Assembly: GCA_913043225.1 (NCBI GenBank)
Contig: CAJWLU010000011.1
Location: 1 to 64,000, forward strand
Source of the DNA: an uncultured Acidobacteriota bacterium
GTDB taxonomy: Bacteria; Acidobacteriota; Vicinamibacteria; Vicinamibacterales; UBA8438
Reading direction: 5' to 3'
DNA: 64,000 nt
Positions 20,256 through 29,647 of this stretch are shown here, piece after piece; position 1 is the stretch's first letter; every line of letters starts with the position of its first letter. Below the pieces are notes generated by a model, which searched no databases, was not told the DNA's origin, and was given only the letters and a program-made list of their open reading frames with translations. The position numbers and the translations under genes are program-made.

Positions 20256-22025
20256 ATGACCCAGACCAAGACCGGCCACATCTCATGCGCCCTCCTCGGC
20301 GTTGCCCTCTTGGTGCCTACTGTCGGTGCCGCTCAATCGACGGCCATTGAGCAATTTGTCCCAGTCAGCGACGAGATGCTGCGGAACCCGGACGACGGCG
20401 ACTGGCTGATGTGGCGCAGGACATTCGACGGCTGGGGCTACAGCCCGCTCGATCAGATCACTCGCGACAACGTCGGGCAACTACAGATGGTGTGGACCCG
20501 TGCCCTCGCCGGAGGCCGGCAGGAGGGCACCCCCCTGGCCTACGACGGCGTCATGTTCATGCCGCAGGCCAGCGACGTCATCGAGGCTATCGACGCCGAG
20601 TCCGGAGACTTGATCTGGGCACACCGGCGCGACCTCCCGGAAGACGTCTACACCCATGTTGGCGGCAACTCACGGAACAACCGGAACATCGGGATCTACG
20701 ACCGCTTCATCATCAACACCAGCGACGACAGCTACGTCTTTGCCCTCGATGCCACGACCGGCAAGATTGCGTGGGAGACGCAGCTCTTTGATTACCAGAC
20801 CCAGCCGGTCGGCCACAGCTCTGGACCGATCATCGCCGACGGAAAGGTGATCTCGGGGCGCAGCTGTCGCCCACGGGGCGGTCCCGAGTCGTGCGTTATC
20901 CTGGCCCACGACGCAATGACAGGCGAAGAGTTGTGGCGACGGCGCACGGTGCCGGCCCCGGGCGAGCCGGGCGACGAGACGTGGGGCAGCGTACCGTTCG
21001 AGCAACGGGTGCACGTTGGCGCCTGGATTCCCGGCAGCTACGACCCAGAGCTCAAACTCTTCTATCAGGGGACGTCGGTGACGTCGCCCGCTCCGAAATT
21101 CATGCTAGGCGGGATAGAGAACACGCATCTCTATCACAACTCCACGCTGGCGCTCGACATCGACACCGGAGAGATCCGCTGGTGGTATCAGCACCTGAAC
21201 GACCACTGGGACCTTGATCATCCGTTCGAACGGCTCCTGGTCGACACTGCGGTCGCACCGGACGCCAGCGCCGTCCAGTGGATCAACCCACGTCTCAGTC
21301 CAGGCGAGACCCGCAAGGTGATCACCGGCATCCCTGGCAAGACCGGGCTCGTCTACACGCTAGATCGGGAAACAGGCGAATTCCTCTGGGCCACACCGAC
21401 CGTCACGCAAAACGTCATCAGCCATATCGACGGCGCCACCGGCGCGGTCACCTCGAACAGCGAGGTGGTCTTCACCGCCGAGGGGCAACAACTGCTCGCC
21501 TGCCCCAACATGCATGGCGGCAAAGACTGGGAAGCCGGCGCCTACAGCCCACTAACCAACACGATGTACATGCCGCTCAGAAATATGTGCCAGCGGCTAC
21601 TAGCAACAACGTCCCCGGACGCCTCACATAGAATCTATGCACTCGCGGTACGACACGAACTGGCGCCCGGCACCGACCAACTTGGAGCGATCCACGCCAT
21701 CTCGGCCGAGACCGGCAAGACGACGTGGCTTCACGAGCAACGGGCGGCCACGCTCTCCCTCGTGGCAACCGGTGGCGGCCTCATCTTCGGAGGCGACGCG
21801 CACGGCCGGTTCAAGGCCATGGATCAGGTCACCGGTGAGGTGCTGTGGGAGATCAACCTCGGATCGCCAGTGAGCGGGTTCCCCATCAGCTACGAAGTTG
21901 GCGGCCGCCAGTACATCGTGGCCAGTACGGGACCGGCCGCCACCACGCCCAGCTTCAACAACCTCACACCCGAGGCACAGCCGAGCAACGGCAACAATAT
22001 CTTCGTATTTGCGCTGCCAGAATAA
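20256..22025 (+). CDS. PQQ-binding beta-propeller dehydrogenase-like protein, close paralog of 10520..12262
   Basis: Long blocks identical or nearly so to 10520 (DWLMWRR, GTSVTSPAPKF, HLYHNSTLALD, YQHLNDHWDLDHPFERLLVD, GGKDWEAGAYSP). Confidence 0.9.
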   Translation: MTQTKTGHISCALLGVALLVPTVGAAQSTAIEQFVPVSDEMLRNPDDGDWLMWRRTFDGWGYSPLDQITRDNVGQLQMVWTRALAGGRQEGTPLAYDGVMFMPQASDVIEAIDAESGDLIWAHRRDLPEDVYTHVGGNSRNNRNIGIYDRFIINTSDDSYVFALDATTGKIAWETQLFDYQTQPVGHSSGPIIADGKVISGRSCRPRGGPESCVILAHDAMTGEELWRRRTVPAPGEPGDETWGSVPFEQRVHVGAWIPGSYDPELKLFYQGTSVTSPAPKFMLGGIENTHLYHNSTLALDIDTGEIRWWYQHLNDHWDLDHPFERLLVDTAVAPDASAVQWINPRLSPGETRKVITGIPGKTGLVYTLDRETGEFLWATPTVTQNVISHIDGATGAVTSNSEVVFTAEGQQLLACPNMHGGKDWEAGAYSPLTNTMYMPLRNMCQRLLATTSPDASHRIYALAVRHELAPGTDQLGAIHAISAETGKTTWLHEQRAATLSLVATGGGLIFGGDAHGRFKAMDQVTGEVLWEINLGSPVSGFPISYEVGGRQYIVASTGPAATTPSFNNLTPEAQPSNGNNIFVFALPE

Positions 22026-22207
22026 TCATGGGGCTCACGCCGAACCCTGAGTGAGCCCGCACGAGGCGGCTACTGACGCACGGCTTGCGCCATATTCTCC
22101 TGACAAGTGCGGACGAGTCCGGGTTCAACGTTCGTGCACGAAGCACGTCACGGACTCGACACAAGTGTCGGGCATGATGTTGGACACCGCCACGAGAGGA
22201 GCAAGTC

Positions 22208-23380
22208 ATGCGAGCTGGACGCAAACAGATCGGCATCCTGACGGCGGGCGGGGACTGTCCTGGGCTCAACGCGGTCATCCGGGGCACCGTGAAAGCGGCC
22301 GACCGGCTCGGATGCGACGTGATCGGGTTCCGGCGCGGCTTCGAAGGACTGGTTGACCCTGTCACTTTCGTACCACTCGACACCGACAACACCTTCGGCA
22401 TCATCGACCGTGGCGGCACCATCCTCGGGTCGACCAACCAGGGACGTTTCTCGGCCCGGGCTGGGGTCGACGAGCGCCTGGCGCTCGACCCCGAGTTGAT
22501 CGGAGGGGTCAAGCGGACGATCTCGCAGCTCAGTCTCGACGGGCTCATCTGCATCGGCGGCGACGGTTCACTCGCCGTCGCACAGCAGTTCCACGAACAG
22601 GGCATTCCGATGGTGGGAGTGCCCAAGACCATCGACAACGACATCTCCGCCACCGCCTTCTCGTTCGGTTTCGACAGCGCTGTGGCCTGCGCCACCGATG
22701 CCATGGACCGGCTCCACACCACCGCCGTGAGTCACGAGCGGATCATGGTGCTGGAGGTGATGGGTCGCCACAGCGGTTGGATCGCGCTTCATGCCGGCAT
22801 TGCGGGGGCCGCATCGGTCATCCTGATCCCGGAGATCAAGTGGACCTGGGAGAACGTCTGCCAGAAGATTCAGGAACGTGACACTCAAGGCAAGCGGTTC
22901 TCGCTCGTAGTCGTCGCCGAAGGCGCAGAGCTTCCGGAGGGGGGCCTGGTGACCCGGCAGGAGACGACCGCCCGCGAGCAAGTCAAACTGGGGGGCATCG
23001 GTCCGGTGGTCGCCAAGGAACTCGATCGACGTCTGAAGCGAGAAACCAGGGTAGTCATCTTGGGCCACCTCCAGCGAGGCGGCCCACCGACCAACTTCGA
23101 CCGAGCGCTTGCCACCCAGTTCGGGGCTCATGCGATGCGGCTGGTCATCGAAGAAAAGTTCGGCCAGATGGTCGCCTACGACCCGCCCGAAATCCGTGCA
23201 GTTCCGATCCTCGACGCCATCGACCAGGTGAAGCAAGTAGAGCCGAACAGCGCCGCGGTGATAGCCGCCCGCACGCTCGGCGTCAGCTTCGGCGAGTACC
23301 CGCCGGGCACCTCACCGCTGATGTTGTCGTTGACCGAACGTGCGGCGCGCGACGCGGTCCCACTGGAACACGATGTCTGA
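22208..23380 (+). CDS. pfkA: 6-phosphofructokinase (group III, GGDG + PKTIDND)
   Basis: ILTAGGDCPGLN, GGTILG, IGGDGS, PKTIDNDI, EVMGRH.GW, LGHLQRGG. Confidence 0.95.
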   Translation: MRAGRKQIGILTAGGDCPGLNAVIRGTVKAADRLGCDVIGFRRGFEGLVDPVTFVPLDTDNTFGIIDRGGTILGSTNQGRFSARAGVDERLALDPELIGGVKRTISQLSLDGLICIGGDGSLAVAQQFHEQGIPMVGVPKTIDNDISATAFSFGFDSAVACATDAMDRLHTTAVSHERIMVLEVMGRHSGWIALHAGIAGAASVILIPEIKWTWENVCQKIQERDTQGKRFSLVVVAEGAELPEGGLVTRQETTAREQVKLGGIGPVVAKELDRRLKRETRVVILGHLQRGGPPTNFDRALATQFGAHAMRLVIEEKFGQMVAYDPPEIRAVPILDAIDQVKQVEPNSAAVIAARTLGVSFGEYPPGTSPLMLSLTERAARDAVPLEHDV

Positions 23381-23392
23381 CCCGTCGGGCTG

Positions 23393-24805
23393 TCACTGCA
23401 CCTGGCGTAGCTGAATCGCGTCGACCCCGGGGACGGTCAGCACATCTGACACCACCACCAGCGGCTGCCCGCCCACCAGACCCTCACGACTCTGCAAGAG
23501 CGCGAACGCCCGCTGGAGAGTGCGCTCAGGGTCAGAGCTGAACCCCACCTTGTAAGCGATCACGCCCCGGCTCAATGCCAATCGACGATGAGTGGGATCG
23601 TTGTTCGTAAAGGCGAAGATCGGCGTCCGGCGGGGATGACAGTTGGTGACATAGTCGGCAGTAACGCCACGGCGAGTGATCACCACGATGCCAGCGGCCT
23701 CGAGTGATTCGGCCAGTGAGACGGCGGCCGCGGCCAGGTGCTGCTTATCGGCTCGCATCTCGAGTTCGGTCGAGAACCGGAGCCCCGATTCCTGCTCCGC
23801 GGTCCGCGCAATCCGGTCGAGATACTCCACGCACCGCACGGGATACTTACCCACGCTCGTTTCCCCGGACAGCATGATGGCGTCGGCGCCCTCGTAGACC
23901 GAGTTGGCGACATCGGTCACCTCGGCCCGGGTCGGAATCGGATTACTGATCATCGACTCGAGTAGGTGCGTCGCCACCACGACTCGCCGCCCGCGTCGGG
24001 CACACAGCCGGACGATCTGTCGCTGGGCGTTCGGCAGATCAGCGATGTCGATTTCCACTCCGAGATCGCCCCGGGCCACCATCACGCCATCAGCGGCGTC
24101 GACGATCTCGTCGATGTTACGCACAGCTTCCTGGTCCTCAACCTTGGCTATCACCTTGACCCTCGTCGCCTGCCTCCCCAGTAACTGCCGCAGCTGACGA
24201 ACGTCACGGGCTTCACGTACGAACGACAGCGCGACGAAGTCAACCCGCTGCTCCAGGCCGAAGCGTATGTCGGTAACGTCCTTCTCCGTAATCGCGGGCA
24301 AGTTCACGCGAATCCCGGGCAGGTTCACGTGACGCTTACTCCCCAGCACGCCCCCGTCGAGCACCTCGCAGGTCATCGTCCTAGTCTGCTTTTCAAGCAC
24401 CTTGAGGTTGATGAGCCCGTTGTCGACCGTGATCCGAGCACCCACCTCGACAGTGTCGATCAGGTCGGCGTAGTTGATGTGGAAGGAGCTCTGCTCGACA
24501 TCAGTGTCACCCCGCACGGCCACGTTGACCACGTCGCCCTTACTGAGCGGCAAGTCCTTGCTCAAGTCGCCCGTTCTGATCTCGGGTCCCTGGGTATCGA
24601 GCAGTACTGCGACCGGGTACGGGACCCGCTGGTTCAGGGTTCTGACCGCCCTGATGACCCGTGCAGCGGCTCGGTGGTCCGCATGCGTCATATTGAGGCG
24701 CACCACGTTCATCCCGGCGTCGTACATCTGCTGAAGCATGGACAGCGACTGGGTTGCCGGGCCGATGGTGCAAATGATCTTGGTCTTGCGATGGCGTCCG
24801 GTCAT
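23393..24805 (-). CDS. pyk: Pyruvate kinase
   Basis: KTKIICTIGPA, RLNM.H, DTQGPEIRTG, MVARGDLGVE, PTRAEVTDVAN, MLSGETS.GKYP. Confidence 0.97.
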   Translation of the reverse strand: MTGRHRKTKIICTIGPATQSLSMLQQMYDAGMNVVRLNMTHADHRAAARVIRAVRTLNQRVPYPVAVLLDTQGPEIRTGDLSKDLPLSKGDVVNVAVRGDTDVEQSSFHINYADLIDTVEVGARITVDNGLINLKVLEKQTRTMTCEVLDGGVLGSKRHVNLPGIRVNLPAITEKDVTDIRFGLEQRVDFVALSFVREARDVRQLRQLLGRQATRVKVIAKVEDQEAVRNIDEIVDAADGVMVARGDLGVEIDIADLPNAQRQIVRLCARRGRRVVVATHLLESMISNPIPTRAEVTDVANSVYEGADAIMLSGETSVGKYPVRCVEYLDRIARTAEQESGLRFSTELEMRADKQHLAAAAVSLAESLEAAGIVVITRRGVTADYVTNCHPRRTPIFAFTNNDPTHRRLALSRGVIAYKVGFSSDPERTLQRAFALLQSREGLVGGQPLVVVSDVLTVPGVDAIQLRQVQ

Positions 24806-24990
24806 GCGATGCTCGATTCTGGACCGCGTAGGAGGCCTGATGGAGCCGCGCGGGGTCCACTCGTAGCGCGTATCCTATCGAACAGATGTTTCGGAACCAT
24901 CGACGCTATAGGGCAGTCGCGCAAAACACCAGCCACTCAGCTCAAGGTTGGCGACACGGACAGCGGTAGACGAATCGTATAATCGCCCTC

Positions 24991-26427
24991 GTGGTTCATG
25001 ATCGCTTTCTTGGTCGCGTGAGGCTGGTGTCACTACTACTGGTCTTCGGCCTTCTGTGGGTGCCCCGGGTGGCACTCGGGCAAGGGATGGTGCCGGCAGC
25101 GCCGCTGGGCGGGAACCCGCTCCCTCGCTATCCAACGGCCGCGCTCGGCACGGCGGTGGCTGGCCACGTCGTCTTCATCGCGCGGCTCGCTGAAGACGGC
25201 ACTGTCATTTCGGTGAGCGTCAGCGACGTACCCAGAGCCGGTGTCGGATTCGAAGAGTCGGTCACCGCTGCGGTGATGCAATGGCGCTTTAGCCCGGCTA
25301 CCAACGACGGCATCCCGATTCCCACGACCTATGTGGGTCGGGTCAACTTCACCCCCGAGTGGCCAACCGCGCGTGCGCGGATGTACACGCAGTCGTCCTC
25401 CGCCGTCTGGCAGGCCGCGCAATCAATCGTCGAGTCGCTCGGCCGGATGGAACAGCGCACAGCGAGCGACGGGCAGCTCCTAGTCACCCAGTGGACACGC
25501 TTCAACGCCGTCGGCATCCCTGCGCCGGATCCGGCCGAACCGGGCGGCTCGCCCCCCGACGAATTCCAGCTGCACCTTTTTGTCTCGCCCTTCGTCGAGC
25601 CGGCCCACGTCCACGTCGGCTCGGTCTCACTGGGCACCGACGTCATTCGCTACAACACCGGCGACGTCGAGACCTGGTTCTTCCGACAGCTCGAGGAGCG
25701 GCTGGGGGAGGCAGGGCGCACCGTCCCGATTCCAGCGACCGCACACCGTGCCGCGGCGGCCGACGTGCTTGGCCTGGCCGACCCATGCCTCAACGAACCG
25801 CCAGCCACCGCGGCACCGGCCAGCGCACCCAGTTTGCTCCTGGCCGTGCCAGCCCTCTTCCACAACCTCCCGTCCGGCTTCGAAACGGTCTTAACCCTCG
25901 AGGTGACGGTGTCGCTCGACGGCGCCATCGCGTCGTCTCGCGTGCTCGGGGCACGGGGTGGCGAGGTCACTCCGGCCATGGTCGAAGCAGCCCAGGGCGC
26001 CGTATCACTCTGGAGATATCAGCCGAGCCGACGCCGCGGGTGCACCCTGCCGTTCCTAGGTCAGGTCAGCATGGCCTTTATGGGCCCGGAAACCACTGGC
26101 GCCCCGTCCGCGTTTACCGAACAGGTCTACGAACCGGGCCCGGGTATCGAGAACCCTCAGGTCTTCGAGATGGTCCAAGCGCGCTACACGACCGAGGCGC
26201 AGCGGCGGGAGATCGAAGGGCGCGTGCTGGTGTCGGCGGTGGTGCTTCCCGATGGGACCGTCGGCGACGTCCAGGTGGTCGAGTCGCTCGATGCGAGCTA
26301 CGGCCTGGACCGCTCCGCGGTGGATGCCGCCCGCCGCTGGCGTTTTACACCTGGCACACGCGAAGACCGCCCCGTCGCCGTCAGGGTGATCATAGAGCTG
26401 ACCTTCGCGCTCCAGATGGACCGCTAG
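24991..26427 (+). CDS. Multi-domain TonB family protein (three TonB C-terminal domains)
   Basis: Three Y/P..A....G.V....V..DG.V...AV..WRF/Y.P units; N-terminal signal/TM segment. Confidence 0.8.
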   Translation: MVHDRFLGRVRLVSLLLVFGLLWVPRVALGQGMVPAAPLGGNPLPRYPTAALGTAVAGHVVFIARLAEDGTVISVSVSDVPRAGVGFEESVTAAVMQWRFSPATNDGIPIPTTYVGRVNFTPEWPTARARMYTQSSSAVWQAAQSIVESLGRMEQRTASDGQLLVTQWTRFNAVGIPAPDPAEPGGSPPDEFQLHLFVSPFVEPAHVHVGSVSLGTDVIRYNTGDVETWFFRQLEERLGEAGRTVPIPATAHRAAAADVLGLADPCLNEPPATAAPASAPSLLLAVPALFHNLPSGFETVLTLEVTVSLDGAIASSRVLGARGGEVTPAMVEAAQGAVSLWRYQPSRRRGCTLPFLGQVSMAFMGPETTGAPSAFTEQVYEPGPGIENPQVFEMVQARYTTEAQRREIEGRVLVSAVVLPDGTVGDVQVVESLDASYGLDRSAVDAARRWRFTPGTREDRPVAVRVIIELTFALQMDR

Positions 26428-26452
26428 CTGCCCAGGCCGACGATCGGGGCCG

Positions 26453-27016
26453 CTACAGTTCGCGAACTCTCACGTTCCGGAACTTCACCACGCCGGCCCC
26501 GTACTGCAGGGCGATCGGACCGCTGGCGAACTGGCTGTCCTCCACGTCCACCATCTCCTGCCCATTGAGCGTCACCTGCAGACGAGAGCCGCGGGCCGTG
26601 ATCTGGTAACTGTTCCACTGACCACCGGTATTGACCACACCGGAGGGGCTGGCGATATGCACGATCCCTCCGGTGCGATAGGTCTGGTCGGCTCGGGTGT
26701 CGTAGATGTTCACTTCGTAGGAGTTCCGATCGGTGACGGTGGTAGGGTCGGCACACCGAATGAAAATTCCACTATTGGCAGGCTCATCCACCCAGAACTC
26801 GAGCGTCAGTTCGAAGTCGCCGTAAGGCCGCGGCGTCACCAGGAAACCGGCACCACTATCAGCCTCGACGGCGCCATCGGCCAACCGCCAGTTCGCATCA
26901 CCGATCTGGTTCCATCCGTCCAAAGTCGATCCATCGAACAGGGTCGTCCAGCTCTGGGCCGACACCACCGCATAGGACGCCAACGCCACAACTAGCATCA
27001 CGACAACACGCTTCAT
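26453..27016 (-). CDS. DUF1080 / 3-keto-disaccharide hydrolase family protein
   Basis: GGAGGAG RBS; signal peptide; LFDG.TL.GW, YGDFEL.LEF, NSGIF.R, YEV.I.D, GQWN, G.IALQ, V.FRN. Confidence 0.9.
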   Translation of the reverse strand: MKRVVVMLVVALASYAVVSAQSWTTLFDGSTLDGWNQIGDANWRLADGAVEADSGAGFLVTPRPYGDFELTLEFWVDEPANSGIFIRCADPTTVTDRNSYEVNIYDTRADQTYRTGGIVHIASPSGVVNTGGQWNSYQITARGSRLQVTLNGQEMVDVEDSQFASGPIALQYGAGVVKFRNVRVREL

Positions 27017-27059
27017 TGGTTCTCCTCCTTCCGCGGGCCCAAGAGCGTGTTGTCCACGC

Positions 27060-28307
27060 TCACCGCCCGACATCGAGCGCCACGACCTCTCGGCGGTCGC
27101 GCAGATATAACTGATTCCCGACGAGCGTCGGCGGCGTCCAGGCGTTGTCGGTAAGGATCGGCGCCTGGGCCAGCACATCCAACCCGTCCCGCGTCGCGTG
27201 GGCGAGGGCCAAGTCGCCATCCTCATCCACCAGGAGCAGACGCCCGTCGACAAGCAGCATGTGAGCCCGGGCAAACTGCCGCTCGCGCCACATCTCCTCC
27301 CCCGTCGCAAGATCGAACGCTGTGAGAAACGCGGGGCCGAAGTCGCCGCTACTGCCGATGACCAGACCATCGATGACCACGGCGTTGCTGAAATGTACCC
27401 GCAACCGGTTCGTCGACCAGACCTCTTCCACTGTCGTGCCACCATCGGCCCGTCCCAGCCGGAGCACCCGGCTCCCGCCGTCATAGGCCGAAGAGATGAA
27501 CAAAAACCCGTCTGGACCGGAAACAGGCATGCTGAGGTTCAAACCCAGCTCGTTGGGATGCGAGTGCCGCCAAAGCGTGCGCCCGTCACCGGGTGCCAGC
27601 CCAACCAGTTCCTGCTGCCCTACCACCACCAGTTGGGCCTCACCGTCCACCACGATAGGCACCGGCGAGCCCGGAGCCACTGCGAAGCGCTCGCTCCGCC
27701 AGACCAACGCCCCGGAGACTCGGTCCAGCGCCACGACCCCACCGCCGCTGCCCCCCAGGGGCAGAACCAGAGTGTCGCCCACGGCCAAGGCGCTCGATGC
27801 GAACGCGTTGTATTCCATTAGCTCGAACTCAGCCACGAGATCGATTGACCACCGCTCCGCCCCAGTCTCAAGGTCGAGCGCGTACAAAGCACCATCGATG
27901 CCCACCGAGAACACCGACCCATCTGCGATCAGCGGGGTCGAATACGGACCCGGCCCCGCGGCATTCAACCAGACATCGACGTAGCCATTGTGCCGCAGGG
28001 GCGCGTCGTAGGCGTGGCTCCACCGCGTGCGGCCGGTGGCCGCATCGAGCGCCACTACCACCTCGCGGTCACCCTCTCGGTACATGGTGATCAGCGTGTC
28101 GCCACGCGCGAGCACCGATGAATAACCGTCGCCAAGTGTGCGGCGCCAGAGTTCGCGGGGGCCCTCGGCCGGCCACTCACTGGCCACCCGTCCCTGCTCG
28201 ACCCGGAAATCGCGTGTCGGCCCGCCAAACTGCAGCCAGTCAGCCTGCCCATGCGCGGGGGATGGCGCAAGGGCAATGGCCAGCACGGTGATTCCGATGG
28301 CGCGCAT
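27060..28307 (-). CDS. PQQ-like (BamB-type) beta-propeller repeat protein
   Basis: DW.QF.GP.RD, LGDGYSS, ALDA.TG...W, GP.STP, W.PP.L....LYLRD. Confidence 0.85.
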   Translation of the reverse strand: MRAIGITVLAIALAPSPAHGQADWLQFGGPTRDFRVEQGRVASEWPAEGPRELWRRTLGDGYSSVLARGDTLITMYREGDREVVVALDAATGRTRWSHAYDAPLRHNGYVDVWLNAAGPGPYSTPLIADGSVFSVGIDGALYALDLETGAERWSIDLVAEFELMEYNAFASSALAVGDTLVLPLGGSGGGVVALDRVSGALVWRSERFAVAPGSPVPIVVDGEAQLVVVGQQELVGLAPGDGRTLWRHSHPNELGLNLSMPVSGPDGFLFISSAYDGGSRVLRLGRADGGTTVEEVWSTNRLRVHFSNAVVIDGLVIGSSGDFGPAFLTAFDLATGEEMWRERQFARAHMLLVDGRLLLVDEDGDLALAHATRDGLDVLAQAPILTDNAWTPPTLVGNQLYLRDRREVVALDVGR

Positions 28308-28397
28308 GGGATGCTCCGGTCTCCTCAGTGAAGTCTGCTATCTTACCCGAGCGCCAAGATACCAGCGTGGGCCCCAGTGCCCCCAGGAGGTCCTCAG

Positions 28398-29396
28398 ATG
28401 CCGAGATTGTGCCAAACGGCCGGAATCCTCGTACTCGCCAGCGTCATGCTGCCCCCAGTGTTGGCGCAAGCCCAGAACGGGCCGCGCACCGGATGGGGCG
28501 ACCCCGATCTTCAGGGGGTCTGGGACTACTGGACGTTCACGCCGGTCGAGCGGCCGGACGAGCTCGGAGGTCGCGCACAACTGACCGCAGAAGAGGCGGC
28601 CGAACTCGGACAGACCAGCAGCGCACAGGCGATCGCCGACCTTCCGCCACCACCCGGTTCGGTAGGCGGCTACAGCCAGGAGGTGTGGACTGACCGGGCC
28701 CGCCCCACTGCCCTACGACAGTCCTCTATCCTGGTCGATCCACCCGACGGCAAGCTCCCAGCACTGACCGAAGCGGCCCAGGCAAGGGGAACGGCTCACG
28801 CCGAGGCAGGCGGCTACCCGGTACGACTGCGCGTAGGCGGCTTCAACGAGGACGGCCCGGAGATGCGTGGCTCGGCCGAGCGGTGCCTGCTCGGCTTCAG
28901 CACCGGTCCCCCGCTGCTACCAGGCGGCTACAACAACAACGTGCAGATCTTCCAGTCGCCCGGATTTGTGGTGCTCCTCCTCGAGATGGTGCACGACGTG
29001 CGGGTCATCCCACTCAACGACCGTGATCAGCTGCCCGACAGCATCCGGCAGTGGATGGGTAGCTCACGAGGCCACTGGGAGGGCGACACCCTTGTGGTAG
29101 AGACAACCAACTTCACCAACGCGACCGGCAGCTTCAACACCTCGTTCGTCTCTTGGGGCTCGGCCGAGAACACCAGACTTGTCGAGCGGTTCACCCGAGC
29201 CAGTGACAACAGCTTGCTCTACGAGTTCACCGTCGAAGACCCCGACACTTGGACGTCGCCGTTCAGCGGCCGTCTTCCGATGACGCGTGGTGACCAGCCG
29301 CTCTACGAGTACGCCTGTCACGAGGGTAATCACGGCATGTTCAACCTGTTGCGTGGCGCCCGCGCGCTCGAACGAGAGACCACCAATCAACCCTGA
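28398..29396 (+). CDS. Secreted hypothetical protein, PDLxGxW-YxCHEGN family
   Basis: AGGAGG RBS; signal peptide; PDLQGVW, ERC, YNN, EMVH, WEGDTLVVET, YACHEGN. Confidence 0.85.
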   Translation: MPRLCQTAGILVLASVMLPPVLAQAQNGPRTGWGDPDLQGVWDYWTFTPVERPDELGGRAQLTAEEAAELGQTSSAQAIADLPPPPGSVGGYSQEVWTDRARPTALRQSSILVDPPDGKLPALTEAAQARGTAHAEAGGYPVRLRVGGFNEDGPEMRGSAERCLLGFSTGPPLLPGGYNNNVQIFQSPGFVVLLLEMVHDVRVIPLNDRDQLPDSIRQWMGSSRGHWEGDTLVVETTNFTNATGSFNTSFVSWGSAENTRLVERFTRASDNSLLYEFTVEDPDTWTSPFSGRLPMTRGDQPLYEYACHEGNHGMFNLLRGARALERETTNQP

Positions 29397-29647
29397 TTGG
29401 TGCCCGCTGGCCGCCACTGGTCCGAGGCGCGCGAAATGGCCACGGCGCTGGTCCACTTCCGACCGGTGGTGTTTACCTGCTCGCCAAACTGCTCGAACTG
29501 CCGCTAGTGGCCGTCGTAGCCCCTTTTGCAGACGGGTCCTCACCGACCATTGAGAGGAGTAATGCTCGACTCTTTCCCTCCGTCTACCGGCATAGCGACC
29601 CTGGTCGCTCGGGTGCGGTAGACTCGGCGTCAATCAGGAGGCTCGTG

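Noticed and set aside
24879..24892. CGAACAGATGTTTC matches the Firmicutes-type LexA box
   Set aside because: Flanking genes (pyk, TonB) are not SOS genes, it is a single instance, and the likely lineage is reported to use a different LexA motif.
26453..27484. Long N-terminal extensions in track ORFs (also 13715, 29507, 32686, 40998, 42077, 51766)
   Set aside because: They overlap neighbouring genes or promoters; RBS, signal peptides and stop/start overlaps support the shorter starts used here.
27060..28307. A fifth PQQ dehydrogenase
   Set aside because: It has only structural BamB-like blade repeats and none of the dehydrogenase active-site motifs.
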